This document shows, in pieces, positions 27,175 to 35,461 of a DNA stretch of 64,000 nt; within the stretch, counting starts at the first letter, position 1, and every line of letters starts with the position of its first letter. The stretch is taken from contig JAHBVC010000001.1 in NCBI GenBank assembly GCA_019637755.1, forward strand, positions 1,521,104 to 1,585,103, written 5' to 3'. Under the pieces are notes generated by a model. It worked only from the letters and a program-made list of their open reading frames with translations, was not told the DNA's origin and ran no database searches. This stretch comes from Anaerolineales bacterium (GTDB lineage Bacteria > Chloroflexota > Anaerolineae > Anaerolineales > UBA11579). The position numbers and the translations under genes are program-made.

Positions 27175-27972
27175 CTACTCTACTTGCAAATCACGGAATT
27201 CGACCCAGCTGCCGGGCTGGGGCGTTTCTACGCCGTACTGCAGGCGGCCACTCGGCAACCAGGCGGCATACTGATTATCCAGCCATAGCAGTACGCTGAG
27301 CGGCGGCTGCGGTGCAATTGGGCTATGCAAGACTAAGTTTCCGTCCACTTTGAACTCCACAAAGCCTGCCTGCCAAAGCAGCTCGTACGTGTGCCATGCG
27401 GTCACATCGCTTGTCAGCGCCACGGCGGCCTGGCGCACCCATTGGCTGGCGGCACGACGCAGGCTGCGGGCGCCCGCTGGCCAGGCCAAGAGCGGTGCGG
27501 CCAGGAGGCCAGGGGTGAGTAGCAGGCTGGGGGTGCGCGGCGAACGGTACACGGCGGCTTGGCCGCCGTTACCGGGCAGGGCATCATCCAGGCTGAGGTG
27601 ATTGCGCCCTGAGGCAAACATAAACCAGGCGGCGTTGGGCAATGCGGGCAACTGCACGCCGCCGCCCTGGCCTACGCCAAACCCGAAGGGATCGTTCCAC
27701 ACCCCGAAGCCCCAGGTGCCCGGGAGCTGAGGGTGCGAGGCGCGTGCCTGAAGGCGCAGCTGAAACGGCGCATGCCGCGGGAAGCGGTGGCGCGCTACGT
27801 GAGCGTACTCATCGCATTGCGCCAGTTGGTAGCCGCGCCCGGCGCCGAGTGAAAAGCGCCACACCGCGCCGTCTTGCACGGCGCGCCCGGCGCCGGCCGT
27901 GCGCAGCGTCATCTCTGGCAGCATTACGCTATTATACGGTTCGTGTCGCTGCGCCTGTAGGAGTTGGTTCAA
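27175..27972 (-). CDS. hypothetical protein, possible beta-jelly-roll (concanavalin A-like/GH16-like) fold
   Basis: 265-aa ORF with a TTG start (uncertain). WGFGVWNDPFG, AWFMFAS and WHTYELLW..FVEFKVDG resemble lectin/glucanase-fold strands. First gene of the GT operon. Confidence 0.5.
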   Translation of the reverse strand: MNQLLQAQRHEPYNSVMLPEMTLRTAGAGRAVQDGAVWRFSLGAGRGYQLAQCDEYAHVARHRFPRHAPFQLRLQARASHPQLPGTWGFGVWNDPFGFGVGQGGGVQLPALPNAAWFMFASGRNHLSLDDALPGNGGQAAVYRSPRTPSLLLTPGLLAAPLLAWPAGARSLRRAASQWVRQAAVALTSDVTAWHTYELLWQAGFVEFKVDGNLVLHSPIAPQPPLSVLLWLDNQYAAWLPSGRLQYGVETPQPGSWVEFRDLQVE

Positions 27973-28033
27973 AATGTTATAATCGTTTGGTTACAACGTT
28001 TTAGCAGCACATCACCCCCTGAAAGAGCATTGA

Positions 28034-28660
28034 ATGGAAATCACCTGGTACGGAAACTCTTGCTTTCGCATTACGGAGCGCAGTATGCCCACCGTAGTGA
28101 CTGACCCCTATGATCATGCCAGTGCAGGGTTTAAGGCGCTGAAACTCAAGGCGGATATCGTTTCGGTGAGCCACGATGCCCCGGGGCATAACTTTGTTAA
28201 AGGCGCCAAGGGGGCTTCGTGGGAAATCCGTGGGGCGGGGGAGTATGAGATCGGCGGCGTATTTGTTACTGGGGTTGCCATCAAAGAAGGCAAAGACACG
28301 AACCTGGTGTTCACCTTTGATTACGGCGGTGTAACCGTTTGCCACCTGGGCGATATGCGCAGCGTGCCCAGCCGCGCCCAGGTGGAAGCGTTGGGCAGCG
28401 TGCACGTCTTGCTGGTGCCGGTGGGCGGCGGGAATGCACTCTCGGCGGCCAAGGCAGCTGAGGTGATCGCCATGATCGAACCGGGCATCGTCGTGCCAAT
28501 GCACTACAAGGTGGATGGTAGTAACCTGAAGCTCAACCCGCTTAAGCAGTTTCTGCAAGAGATGGGCTTGAGCAAAGAGAAGGCCGAGCCTTCACTGAAG
28601 ATCACCTCTTCGAGCGTGCCCAGCGAAACCAAAGTGGTTGTGCTGGATGTGGCCAGCTAA
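28034..28660 (+). CDS. MBL-fold metal-dependent hydrolase (UPF0173-like)
   Basis: MEITWYGNSCFRITE...VTDPYD...VSHDAPGHN. Confidence 0.85.
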   Translation: MEITWYGNSCFRITERSMPTVVTDPYDHASAGFKALKLKADIVSVSHDAPGHNFVKGAKGASWEIRGAGEYEIGGVFVTGVAIKEGKDTNLVFTFDYGGVTVCHLGDMRSVPSRAQVEALGSVHVLLVPVGGGNALSAAKAAEVIAMIEPGIVVPMHYKVDGSNLKLNPLKQFLQEMGLSKEKAEPSLKITSSSVPSETKVVVLDVAS

Positions 28661-28661
28661 C

Positions 28662-28967
28662 ATGTCTGGCATTAAATTATTGATGACCTGGGATATTCAG
28701 CCCGGGCGTGAAGAAGATTACTTTGAGTTTCACATCCGCAAGTTTGTGCCCGCGCTTGAGGGCTTGGGCGTGGCGCTGAGCGAAGCCTGGCTCACCGTCT
28801 ACGGTGAGCAGCCCCGCCTGCTGGCCGAGGCGGTCATCCCCAGCATGGATAATGCCCGCCGTGTGCTGGGCAGCAGTGCCTGGCAAGATTTGGGCGTGCA
28901 GATGCAAGAGCTGGTGGATAACTTTGATTACAAACTGGTGCCCGCGCGCGGCGGCTTCCAGCTTTAA
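28662..28967 (+). CDS. hypothetical small protein (101 aa)
   Basis: MSGIKLLMTWDIQPGREEDYFEFHIRKFVPALE.... The ATG lies 1 nt after the upstream stop. No motif recognised. Confidence 0.6.
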   Translation: MSGIKLLMTWDIQPGREEDYFEFHIRKFVPALEGLGVALSEAWLTVYGEQPRLLAEAVIPSMDNARRVLGSSAWQDLGVQMQELVDNFDYKLVPARGGFQL

Positions 28968-28994
28968 GCCTTGTGGCCAAGCGGCCACCCTTCC

Positions 28995-30062
28995 ATGAAG
29001 AAAAGCAAGCTTGCTACACCTCTGCTACGCTGGTACCACGCCCGCAAGCGCAGCTTGCCCTGGCGCGACCAGCCGCAGCCGTATGCGGTGTGGGTGGCTG
29101 AGATCATGGCCCAGCAAACACGCCTGGAGACGATGCTGCCGTACTATCAACGCTGGATGCAGCAGTTTCCCAGCGTGGCGGCGTTGGCGGCGGCCAGTGA
29201 GCAGCAAGTGCTGAGTGCCTGGGAGGGCCTGGGGTATTACAGCCGCGCCCGCAATCTGCACAAGGCCGCCCGCCAGCTGCGCGCCGCCAACGGCGGGCAA
29301 CTGCCGCGGCGTGCCGCGGAGTTGCGCCAACTGCCCGGTATCGGCGCGTATACTGCAGGCGCCATCGCCTCGATGGCGTTTGGGGAGGATGTGCCCGCGG
29401 TGGATGGCAATGCCATCCGCGTCCTTTCACGCGTGTTTGATGTAAGTGTGCCAGTGCACTCGGCCGCCGGCCAGCAGCACCTGTGGGCGCTGGCTGCCGA
29501 GCACCTGCCGCGCGGCCGGGCCGCTGAGTACAACCAGGCCCTGATGGAACTGGGGGCTACGCTGTGCAGCCCGCGCCCCAAGTGTGATACCTGCCCGCTG
29601 GCGGCGCACTGCCTGGCCAAGCAGCGCAGCACGCAACTGCTGCGCCCGGTAAAGCGGCAGGCCGCGGCGCTGCCTGTGCGTTTTGCGGCCGCGGCGGTGG
29701 TGTGGCAAGCCGGCAAAGTGTTGCTCTTGCAGCGCCCCGCGCGTGGGTTGCTGGCAGGGATGTGGGAGTTTCCCTCGGTAGCGCTGGAAGAGCAAGCAAA
29801 AGCGAAATCATATCTGCGCACCGGCCTGAAGGCGGAGCTTGGTTCCGCACTAAAAATTGGCACACTGCGCGGCAATTTTGAGCACACCTATAGCCATTTT
29901 CACGCTCAACTGAGCGTATATGATTGCCCCGTGCATGAGGAAACCCCTCTTCGTATTCAACGCCCGCACAAGTGGCTGGCGCCGCGCAGCCTGGGCCGCG
30001 TGCCGATGGGCAAGTTAGACCGCGGCGTGGCTTTGAGCTTGCTGGAGCGCAAGGATGGCTAG
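28995..30062 (+). CDS. mutY: A/G-specific adenine DNA glycosylase
   Basis: LLRWYHARKRSLPWR...PYAVWVAEIMAQQTR...GLGYYSRARNL; Fe-S loop CSPRPKCDTCPLAAHC; NUDIX-like C-terminal domain. Confidence 0.9.
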   Translation: MKKSKLATPLLRWYHARKRSLPWRDQPQPYAVWVAEIMAQQTRLETMLPYYQRWMQQFPSVAALAAASEQQVLSAWEGLGYYSRARNLHKAARQLRAANGGQLPRRAAELRQLPGIGAYTAGAIASMAFGEDVPAVDGNAIRVLSRVFDVSVPVHSAAGQQHLWALAAEHLPRGRAAEYNQALMELGATLCSPRPKCDTCPLAAHCLAKQRSTQLLRPVKRQAAALPVRFAAAAVVWQAGKVLLLQRPARGLLAGMWEFPSVALEEQAKAKSYLRTGLKAELGSALKIGTLRGNFEHTYSHFHAQLSVYDCPVHEETPLRIQRPHKWLAPRSLGRVPMGKLDRGVALSLLERKDG

Positions 30063-30372
30063 CTTTACTCGGCGCATCGAAGACTTTGTGTGCCAGCAAT
30101 GTGGGCGCGCCGTCAGCGGGGATGGGTACACCAACCATTGCCCCGCCTGCCTGTGGAGCCAGCATGTCGATGTGGCGCCCGGTGACCGGGCGGCGGGCTG
30201 CGGTGGCATGATGCAGCCGGTGGAAGTGGAGAGCCGCTCCCGTGGCTACCGCATCCTGCATCGCTGTGTTGTGTGTGGTGCGGAAAAGTGGAACCAGACG
30301 GCCCCAGGGGATGATTTTGAACACCTGTTAGCCGCAATGCGAGCCAGCGCCAACCGCAAGCTGGGGCTTTGA
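30055..30372 (+). CDS. RNHCP domain-containing zinc-ribbon protein
   Basis: CQQCGRAVSGDGYTNHCPACLWSQHVD ... CGGMM ... HRCVVCG. The start overlaps the mutY stop by 8 nt (ATGGCTAG). Confidence 0.8.
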   Translation: MASFTRRIEDFVCQQCGRAVSGDGYTNHCPACLWSQHVDVAPGDRAAGCGGMMQPVEVESRSRGYRILHRCVVCGAEKWNQTAPGDDFEHLLAAMRASANRKLGL

Positions 30373-30920
30373 TGTTTGTAGAGGGTGAACCGCAGACCTT
30401 ACTGTCTGCCGGCGAGAAGAGATGGCGCGCCATTTTGGCAAACAGAGGCATCCAACCTTGGCCTGACCTTCGATTGCGTTTTGTTGTTGGCGCATGGAAG
30501 CGCAGGGGACATTTCTTTGATTTGGATAATCTAGTGAGCCCTGTGCTTGATGCCATTGGTAGCAAGCTGTCTGAGCGCGAGTCAATTTGGGCTACTGTTG
30601 AATTGGGAGACAAGCCAGGAGTTGAGATCACGAATGGGTCCCCTCCGCCTTCGCCCATAGGCGGCTTGCGAGTAGTTCTAAAAAATCCACCCCTTCGTTC
30701 AATTCGCACTAGTAAGCCGTTGTTAGAGCTTGTGGAAGCAAACTTGTTCGGCGAGCCAAGCCAGCCCTGTGGTTGTGAAATCCGAATCGGCATGAATGCT
30801 TCTGGCATCGCCTTTGGTTTTGAAGGCCCGATCAAGCCAACCATTGATGCGCTCTGGCCCTTGTTGGGAGGAACGTTTAAGAGTCCTGCGGACCATCGCG
30901 TGCGGGACTTGAGGTTATAA
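30372..30920 (+). CDS. hypothetical protein with RusA-like motif(s), low-GC
   Basis: The ATG overlaps the RNHCP stop (TGATG). FVEGEPQ...LRLRFVVGAWKRRGHFFDLDNLVSPVLDAIG resembles the RusA core (R-x-DLDNL-x-K-x-x-x-DAL). The second half repeats a weaker version, GFEGPIKPTIDALWPLLGG. G+C is about 50-55% in two hand-counted 100-nt samples. Confidence 0.55.
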   Translation: MFVEGEPQTLLSAGEKRWRAILANRGIQPWPDLRLRFVVGAWKRRGHFFDLDNLVSPVLDAIGSKLSERESIWATVELGDKPGVEITNGSPPPSPIGGLRVVLKNPPLRSIRTSKPLLELVEANLFGEPSQPCGCEIRIGMNASGIAFGFEGPIKPTIDALWPLLGGTFKSPADHRVRDLRL

Positions 30921-30979
30921 GACAAACTCAAGTCAGTGGCATTCAGGTTGCACTTTGGCTCTTAGATACTGAGGTGGGA

Positions 30980-30985
30980 TAGAAT
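30980..30985 (+). promoter_or_regulatory. -10 TAGAAT, 8 nt upstream of ATG 30994 (leaderless candidate); lies within the imperfect palindrome TAGAATTTCTA
   Basis: ggaTAGAATttctacaaATG. Confidence 0.45.
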
Positions 30986-30993
30986 TTCTACAA

Positions 30994-32001
30994 ATGAAAC
31001 GCGTTTTCAATACCCTCGGCATTCTTGGTTTGGCGGTGTTGGGGGTGGTGACTGTGTTGGTGTTGCAGAACTGGGTGGCGCGTGGTTTTGAGCTACCGGC
31101 TCAATTTTTTACATTCACTACGATCTTCCTCGGAATCTTTATTGAAGCAGCCCCTTTTTTGTTGCTCGGCACGCTGGCCTCTGGGGTGGTTGAAGTTTTC
31201 TTCAAGAAGGAAACCCTGCAACGGCTGATGCCGCGCAATCGCTTTCTGGGTGCACTGGCTGGCGGCTTGCTGGGTTTTGTGTTCCCGGTGTGCGAATGCG
31301 GTGTGGTGCCACTGACCCGGCGCTTATTTCGTAAGGGCATGGCGCCGGCGATGGGCGTGGCGTTTCTGCTGGCTTCGCCAGTGCTCAACCCGATCGTGCT
31401 GGCCAGTACCTATGCAGCCTACGGCTGGGGGCCGGTATTGTGGCTGCGCCTCGGCCTGAGCTTGACGATCGCGGTGGCTACCGGCTTGATCTTTGCGGTC
31501 GAGGAGCAGCCGCTGCAGCTATTGCGGCCCGCCAGTATCGGGCCGCTGCAGGGCGCGGCGTGGGCGGCGCCGGTGATTGCCCCGTCGCTGGCGGTGCGCT
31601 GGCGGGAGGCGCTGGGCATTGCCGGCGAAGAATTCTTCGAGATGGGGCGTTATCTGATCATCGGCGCCATGTTGGCGGCGGCGCTGCAAACCGTGGTGCC
31701 GCAAGCCACCCTGCTGGCGTTAGGCAGTGGGCCGCTGCTCTCGGTGCTGGTGATGATCGCCCTGGCGGTGCTGCTCTCGATCTGCTCCACCGTGGATGCA
31801 TTTGTTTCGCTGGCTTTCGTCGGCACCTTTACCTCTGGCTCGATCCTTGCTTTTCTTGTCTTCGGCCCCATGGTGGACATCAAAAGCGTATTGCTGTACT
31901 TGCAGGTCTTTCGCCGGCGCACGGTAGGCTACATGGTGATCTTGCCATTGCTAATGATCATTCTGGCCGCGGTCTTTATCAACCTGAATGTTGGGATTTG
32001 A
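30994..32001 (+). CDS. permease (PF03773/UPF0718-type, paired with a TIGR03943 protein)
   Basis: Polytopic. Has the conserved FPVCECGVVPLTRRL motif. Confidence 0.85.
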   Translation: MKRVFNTLGILGLAVLGVVTVLVLQNWVARGFELPAQFFTFTTIFLGIFIEAAPFLLLGTLASGVVEVFFKKETLQRLMPRNRFLGALAGGLLGFVFPVCECGVVPLTRRLFRKGMAPAMGVAFLLASPVLNPIVLASTYAAYGWGPVLWLRLGLSLTIAVATGLIFAVEEQPLQLLRPASIGPLQGAAWAAPVIAPSLAVRWREALGIAGEEFFEMGRYLIIGAMLAAALQTVVPQATLLALGSGPLLSVLVMIALAVLLSICSTVDAFVSLAFVGTFTSGSILAFLVFGPMVDIKSVLLYLQVFRRRTVGYMVILPLLMIILAAVFINLNVGI

Positions 32002-32003
32002 AA

Positions 32004-32741
32004 ATGAGCGACTGGCAATACAAACGTGCTCACAGCATGATCTTGTTCGGCCTGGGTGTGTACTTGCTCTACAAAGTAGTATCCGGCACGCTCTACTTTT
32101 ACATCAACGCCCGTTTCACTTGGCTGGTGGTGCTGGGCGGGGTAGGCTTGCTGCTGCTGGGCCTGGTCGCCTGGCCGCGTGGCAGCACCGCCGCAGCTAG
32201 TCACTCCCACGCCCACGAGCACACCCCGCGCGGCACACGCTGGGCGCTGTTTGTGCTAGGCGCCCCCCTATTGCTGGGCTTTCTGGTGCCGGCACGCCCC
32301 TTGGATGGCAGCGCCCTGGATACGCGCGGTTTGACCACGCGGGCGTTGATGAGTGTGGGCGGCCAAAACACAATTCAGCTTGACCAACCCTCAGACCAGC
32401 GCAGTGTGCTGGATTGGGTGCGCGCCTTCAACTATGCCAGCGACCCGCAAACCTATGTGGGTGAACAAGCCGATGTTGTGGGTTTTGTGTATCAGGATGA
32501 GCGTTTGCCCGCCGGGCAATTTTTGGTGGGGCGTTTTGCGGTGAGTTGTTGTGTGGCGGATGCGTTCGCAGTGGGCGTGATCGTGCAAAGTGACGATGCC
32601 GCTCAGTGGGCCGCTAACCAATGGGTGCATGTGGCTGGCACGGTCGCAGTCGGCAGCCTGGAAGGCGTAGCCATACCACTGATTGAAGCCACCAGCATCA
32701 AAGCCGTTCCCATTCCGCCACAACCCTATTTGTTCCCATGA
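32004..32741 (+). CDS. TIGR03943/DUF1980-family membrane protein with a His-rich loop
   Basis: MSDWQYKRAHSMILFGLGVYLLYK.... His-rich segment SHSHAHEHTP. C-terminal FAVSCCVADAF. The longer ORF from 31440 was rejected because it overlaps the permease. Confidence 0.8.
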   Translation: MSDWQYKRAHSMILFGLGVYLLYKVVSGTLYFYINARFTWLVVLGGVGLLLLGLVAWPRGSTAAASHSHAHEHTPRGTRWALFVLGAPLLLGFLVPARPLDGSALDTRGLTTRALMSVGGQNTIQLDQPSDQRSVLDWVRAFNYASDPQTYVGEQADVVGFVYQDERLPAGQFLVGRFAVSCCVADAFAVGVIVQSDDAAQWAANQWVHVAGTVAVGSLEGVAIPLIEATSIKAVPIPPQPYLFP

Positions 32742-34093
32742 AATCTTGGCGCCCGTTTGAACGTGCGGTAGCTTTCAGCGCCCTGCTGTTGGTGGGCGCG
32801 ATCGCGCTTGTCTTGTGGCGCGGCGATCACGTCGGGGCGCGCGTGCTACGCAGCAGCCCGGCGCCGGGTAGCCAGGTGGCGGCGCGTGCCCCGGTGGTGA
32901 TCGAGTTTGCCCAGGCAATGGATACCGCCAGCGTGGAAAGTGGCTTTTCCATCCAGCCCGCCACGCCCGGCGAATTTATCTGGGAGGGGGATACGCTTCG
33001 CTTCATTCCCCGCACCCCCTGGCAGATCGGCGCCGAGTACCAGGTGCAATTGGCGGCCGGCGTGCGCGATCAGCGCGGCCAGCGCCTCTTGCGCCCAGTG
33101 GAGTTGGCTTTCTCAGTACGCACACCGGGTGTGGCTTTCCTGCGCCTGGCCGATTCGGGTTATACGCTGTGGGCTGCCAGTGCGCTGGATGCCGCCGCGC
33201 GCCAACTCTCCCCTGGGGATGGTGTGTTTGATTTCACCGTCACCCCAGATGGAGAGCAATTGATCTTCTCTGTGGTTAACGATCAGGCGGGGATCGATCT
33301 GTGGATCGTGGGGCGCGGCGGCGGAGACGCGCGCCGCTTGTTGGACTGTGGCGCTGACCGTTGCTTTGCCCCCGACGTGGCACCCAATGACCAAATAGCC
33401 TACAACCGCGTGTTGGCGCCGCTTTCCCCGGCGGAGCCCTATGGGCCGCCGCGCATCTGGTTGCTCAATTTGCGCTCGGGGGAAAATTTGCGCTTGCACG
33501 CCGATACCCAGAAGATCGGCTATGGCCCGCACTGGTCACCGGATGGGCGCTGGCTGGCTTACTACGATGGGGTGGCAGGACGCATAGTGATCCTCAATAG
33601 TTCCAGCGGTGAGGAGCTGGCGTTGCCCTCACAGGCCGGGGAGGTGGGCAGTTGGGCGCCGGAGGCCGAGTACATGCTCTTTGCGGATATGCGCCGCGCG
33701 GGCGAGCAGGTGCGCTCCCAGATCTTTCGTGCCAGCCTGGCCACACAGGATATTCTGCCGTTCTTTGATCCGCAGCCCGAGGATGCCGAATTCAGCGGCC
33801 CAGTGGTCTCTCCGGATGGGCAGTGGGTGGCGATGAAGATGCGCGCTCAGAACCTGACCGCCGAACAACTCTGGGTGCTGCCACCGGATGGCAGCTTTGC
33901 AATGGTGGCGGTTGAAGAAGCCGGCTATCTATATAGCCGTTACCAATGGGGCAGTGATTCGCAGGCGTTGTTGTACCACCGCCTGCAACTGGGCCGCGCC
34001 GATAGCCAGCCGAGTGTGTGGCTGTGGGAGCGCGCCACCAGCAGCCAGCGGCTGCTGGTGACTGAGGCCAGCCAGCCACTCTGGCTGCCCTGA
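32738..34093 (+). CDS. membrane-anchored protein with an Ig-like (SbsA-type) domain and a TolB-like beta-propeller
   Basis: N-terminal TM helix. SPAPGSQVAARAPVVIEFAQAMDTASVESGFSIQP. Repeated PD40-like segments (SPDGRWLAY, SPDGQWVAM). The start overlaps the upstream stop (ATGA). Confidence 0.7.
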   Translation: MKSWRPFERAVAFSALLLVGAIALVLWRGDHVGARVLRSSPAPGSQVAARAPVVIEFAQAMDTASVESGFSIQPATPGEFIWEGDTLRFIPRTPWQIGAEYQVQLAAGVRDQRGQRLLRPVELAFSVRTPGVAFLRLADSGYTLWAASALDAAARQLSPGDGVFDFTVTPDGEQLIFSVVNDQAGIDLWIVGRGGGDARRLLDCGADRCFAPDVAPNDQIAYNRVLAPLSPAEPYGPPRIWLLNLRSGENLRLHADTQKIGYGPHWSPDGRWLAYYDGVAGRIVILNSSSGEELALPSQAGEVGSWAPEAEYMLFADMRRAGEQVRSQIFRASLATQDILPFFDPQPEDAEFSGPVVSPDGQWVAMKMRAQNLTAEQLWVLPPDGSFAMVAVEEAGYLYSRYQWGSDSQALLYHRLQLGRADSQPSVWLWERATSSQRLLVTEASQPLWLP

Positions 34094-34096
34094 GCG

Positions 34097-34102
34097 TATA
34101 AT
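34097..34102 (+). promoter_or_regulatory. -10 TATAAT, 7 nt upstream of the zur ATG (leaderless candidate)
   Basis: gcgTATAATcattgcaATG. Confidence 0.45.
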
Positions 34103-34109
34103 CATTGCA

Positions 34110-34565
34110 ATGAGCCGTGCCCATATCAGTAGCGAAGCAGAGATCAAGCAGCGCACCAGCGGTTGGCTGGCGCGGCTGGCCGAATTGGGCTACCGCATCA
34201 CCGGTTCGCGCCGTGCCGTGGTGGATGTGCTGGCAGAAGCCGGTACCTCGCTCTCGCCGGCCGAGATTTACGAGCACGGGCGCGTCTTGCACAAGCAACT
34301 CGGCCTGGTGACGGTTTACCGCACGCTCGAGAAGCTGGAAGAGCTTGGCCTAGTGCAGCGCGTGCACCGCCCGGATGGGTGCCACGCCTACATCCCTGCC
34401 CTGCATGGCCACGAACACTTGCTGCTGTGCCAGCAATGCGGCCGCGTAGAGTATTTCCGCGGTGATGACCTCTCAGAGCTCAGTCGCCGGCTGGAAGGCG
34501 AAAGCGGCTTCACCATTCAGGATCACTGGCTGCAATTTTTTGGGTTGTGCGCCCAATGCCAATAA
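34110..34565 (+). CDS. zur: Fur-family metalloregulator, probably Zur
   Basis: RITGSRRAVVDVL...LVTVYRTLEKLEELGLV..HEHLLLCQQCG...GLCAQC (Fur fold with CxxC pairs). Adjacent to znuCB-like genes. Confidence 0.8.
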   Translation: MSRAHISSEAEIKQRTSGWLARLAELGYRITGSRRAVVDVLAEAGTSLSPAEIYEHGRVLHKQLGLVTVYRTLEKLEELGLVQRVHRPDGCHAYIPALHGHEHLLLCQQCGRVEYFRGDDLSELSRRLEGESGFTIQDHWLQFFGLCAQCQ

Positions 34566-34583
34566 CCCCGCCTGCGGGTATAA

Positions 34584-34600
34584 TTGAAAATCACTTTCAA
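34584..34600. promoter_or_regulatory. candidate Zur box TTGAAAATCACTTTCAA, abutting a TATAAT (34579..34584)
   Basis: Inverted repeat TTGAAA-N5-TTTCAA. Close to the actinobacterial-type Zur consensus TGAAAATGATTTTCA. Lies 28 nt upstream of znuC. Confidence 0.6.
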
Positions 34601-34627
34601 TAGACGCGCTAGCGTCTGGCAGGCGGC

Positions 34628-35461
34628 ATGCAACCGAATTCCCCATTAACTCACCATCACTCCCCAGGCGTCGCAGCGGTAGCGCTGGATAAAGTCAGCG
34701 TGGCCTATGGGCGCAATCTGGCGCTGCAAGACTTTACGCTCACTGTGGAGCCTGGGTTGCGCGTGGCGATCGTTGGCCCCAATGGCGCCGGTAAATCCAC
34801 CTTCTTTAACTTGGTCAGCGGCCTCATAGCGCCCACGCAGGGCCAGGTGCGCGTACATGGCCACGCACCTGGCGAGCACCTGTGCCTGGCCTACGTGCCG
34901 CAGGCCAACCAGGTAGACCTGAGCTTCCCGGTGAGCGTGTGGGACGTGGCGATGATGGGGCGGGTAGGCCAACTCGGCTTGCTGCGCCGCCCCAAAGCCG
35001 CCGATCGCGAGCTGGTGCGCAGTAGCTTGCAGCGCGTCGGCATGCTGGATCTGGCGCGCCGCCAGATCGGTGAGCTTTCCGGGGGGCAACGCCAGCGCCT
35101 GTTCATCGCCCGCGCGCTCACCCAACGGGCAGACCTGTTATTGCTGGACGAACCTTTTGCCGGGCTGGACCTGCCGGCACAAGAGCAGATTCTGGCAATC
35201 TTGAATGACCTCAAGCAGCACGGCGTCACCGTACTGTTTGCTACCCATGATCTAGAGCTGGCTGGCCAGCAGTTCGATAGCGTGCTGCTGATCAACCGGC
35301 GCTGCGTGGCCTATGGCTCCGCCAGCGCGGTGCTCACCCCTGCGAACCTGGCCGCCGCGTATGGAGGCCAGGTGCAGTGGATCGATACCCGCGAGGGGCG
35401 CGTGCTGGTGGAGATCGGTGGCGGGCACCCTCACCACGCAGGGGAGGGGCAGCATGACTGA
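34628..35461 (+). CDS. znuC: metal (Zn/Mn) ABC transporter ATP-binding protein
   Basis: GPNGAGKST, LSGGQRQR, LLLDEP. Confidence 0.85.
   Translation: MQPNSPLTHHHSPGVAAVALDKVSVAYGRNLALQDFTLTVEPGLRVAIVGPNGAGKSTFFNLVSGLIAPTQGQVRVHGHAPGEHLCLAYVPQANQVDLSFPVSVWDVAMMGRVGQLGLLRRPKAADRELVRSSLQRVGMLDLARRQIGELSGGQRQRLFIARALTQRADLLLLDEPFAGLDLPAQEQILAILNDLKQHGVTVLFATHDLELAGQQFDSVLLINRRCVAYGSASAVLTPANLAAAYGGQVQWIDTREGRVLVEIGGGHPHHAGEGQHD

Noticed and set aside
27973-28033. Shared -10 (TATAAT/ATTATA at 27977..27982) for the divergent GT operon and the MBL hydrolase gene
   Set aside because: On the minus strand the hexamer would lie only 3-5 nt from the proposed TTG start, and that start is itself uncertain. 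On the plus strand it leaves a 51-nt leader. The geometry does not fit the leaderless pattern, so it is not counted.
31440-32003. N-terminal extension of ORF 31440..32741
   Set aside because: It is out of frame with, and overlaps, the permease gene. The TIGR03943-like sequence begins at MSDWQY (32004), directly after the permease stop.
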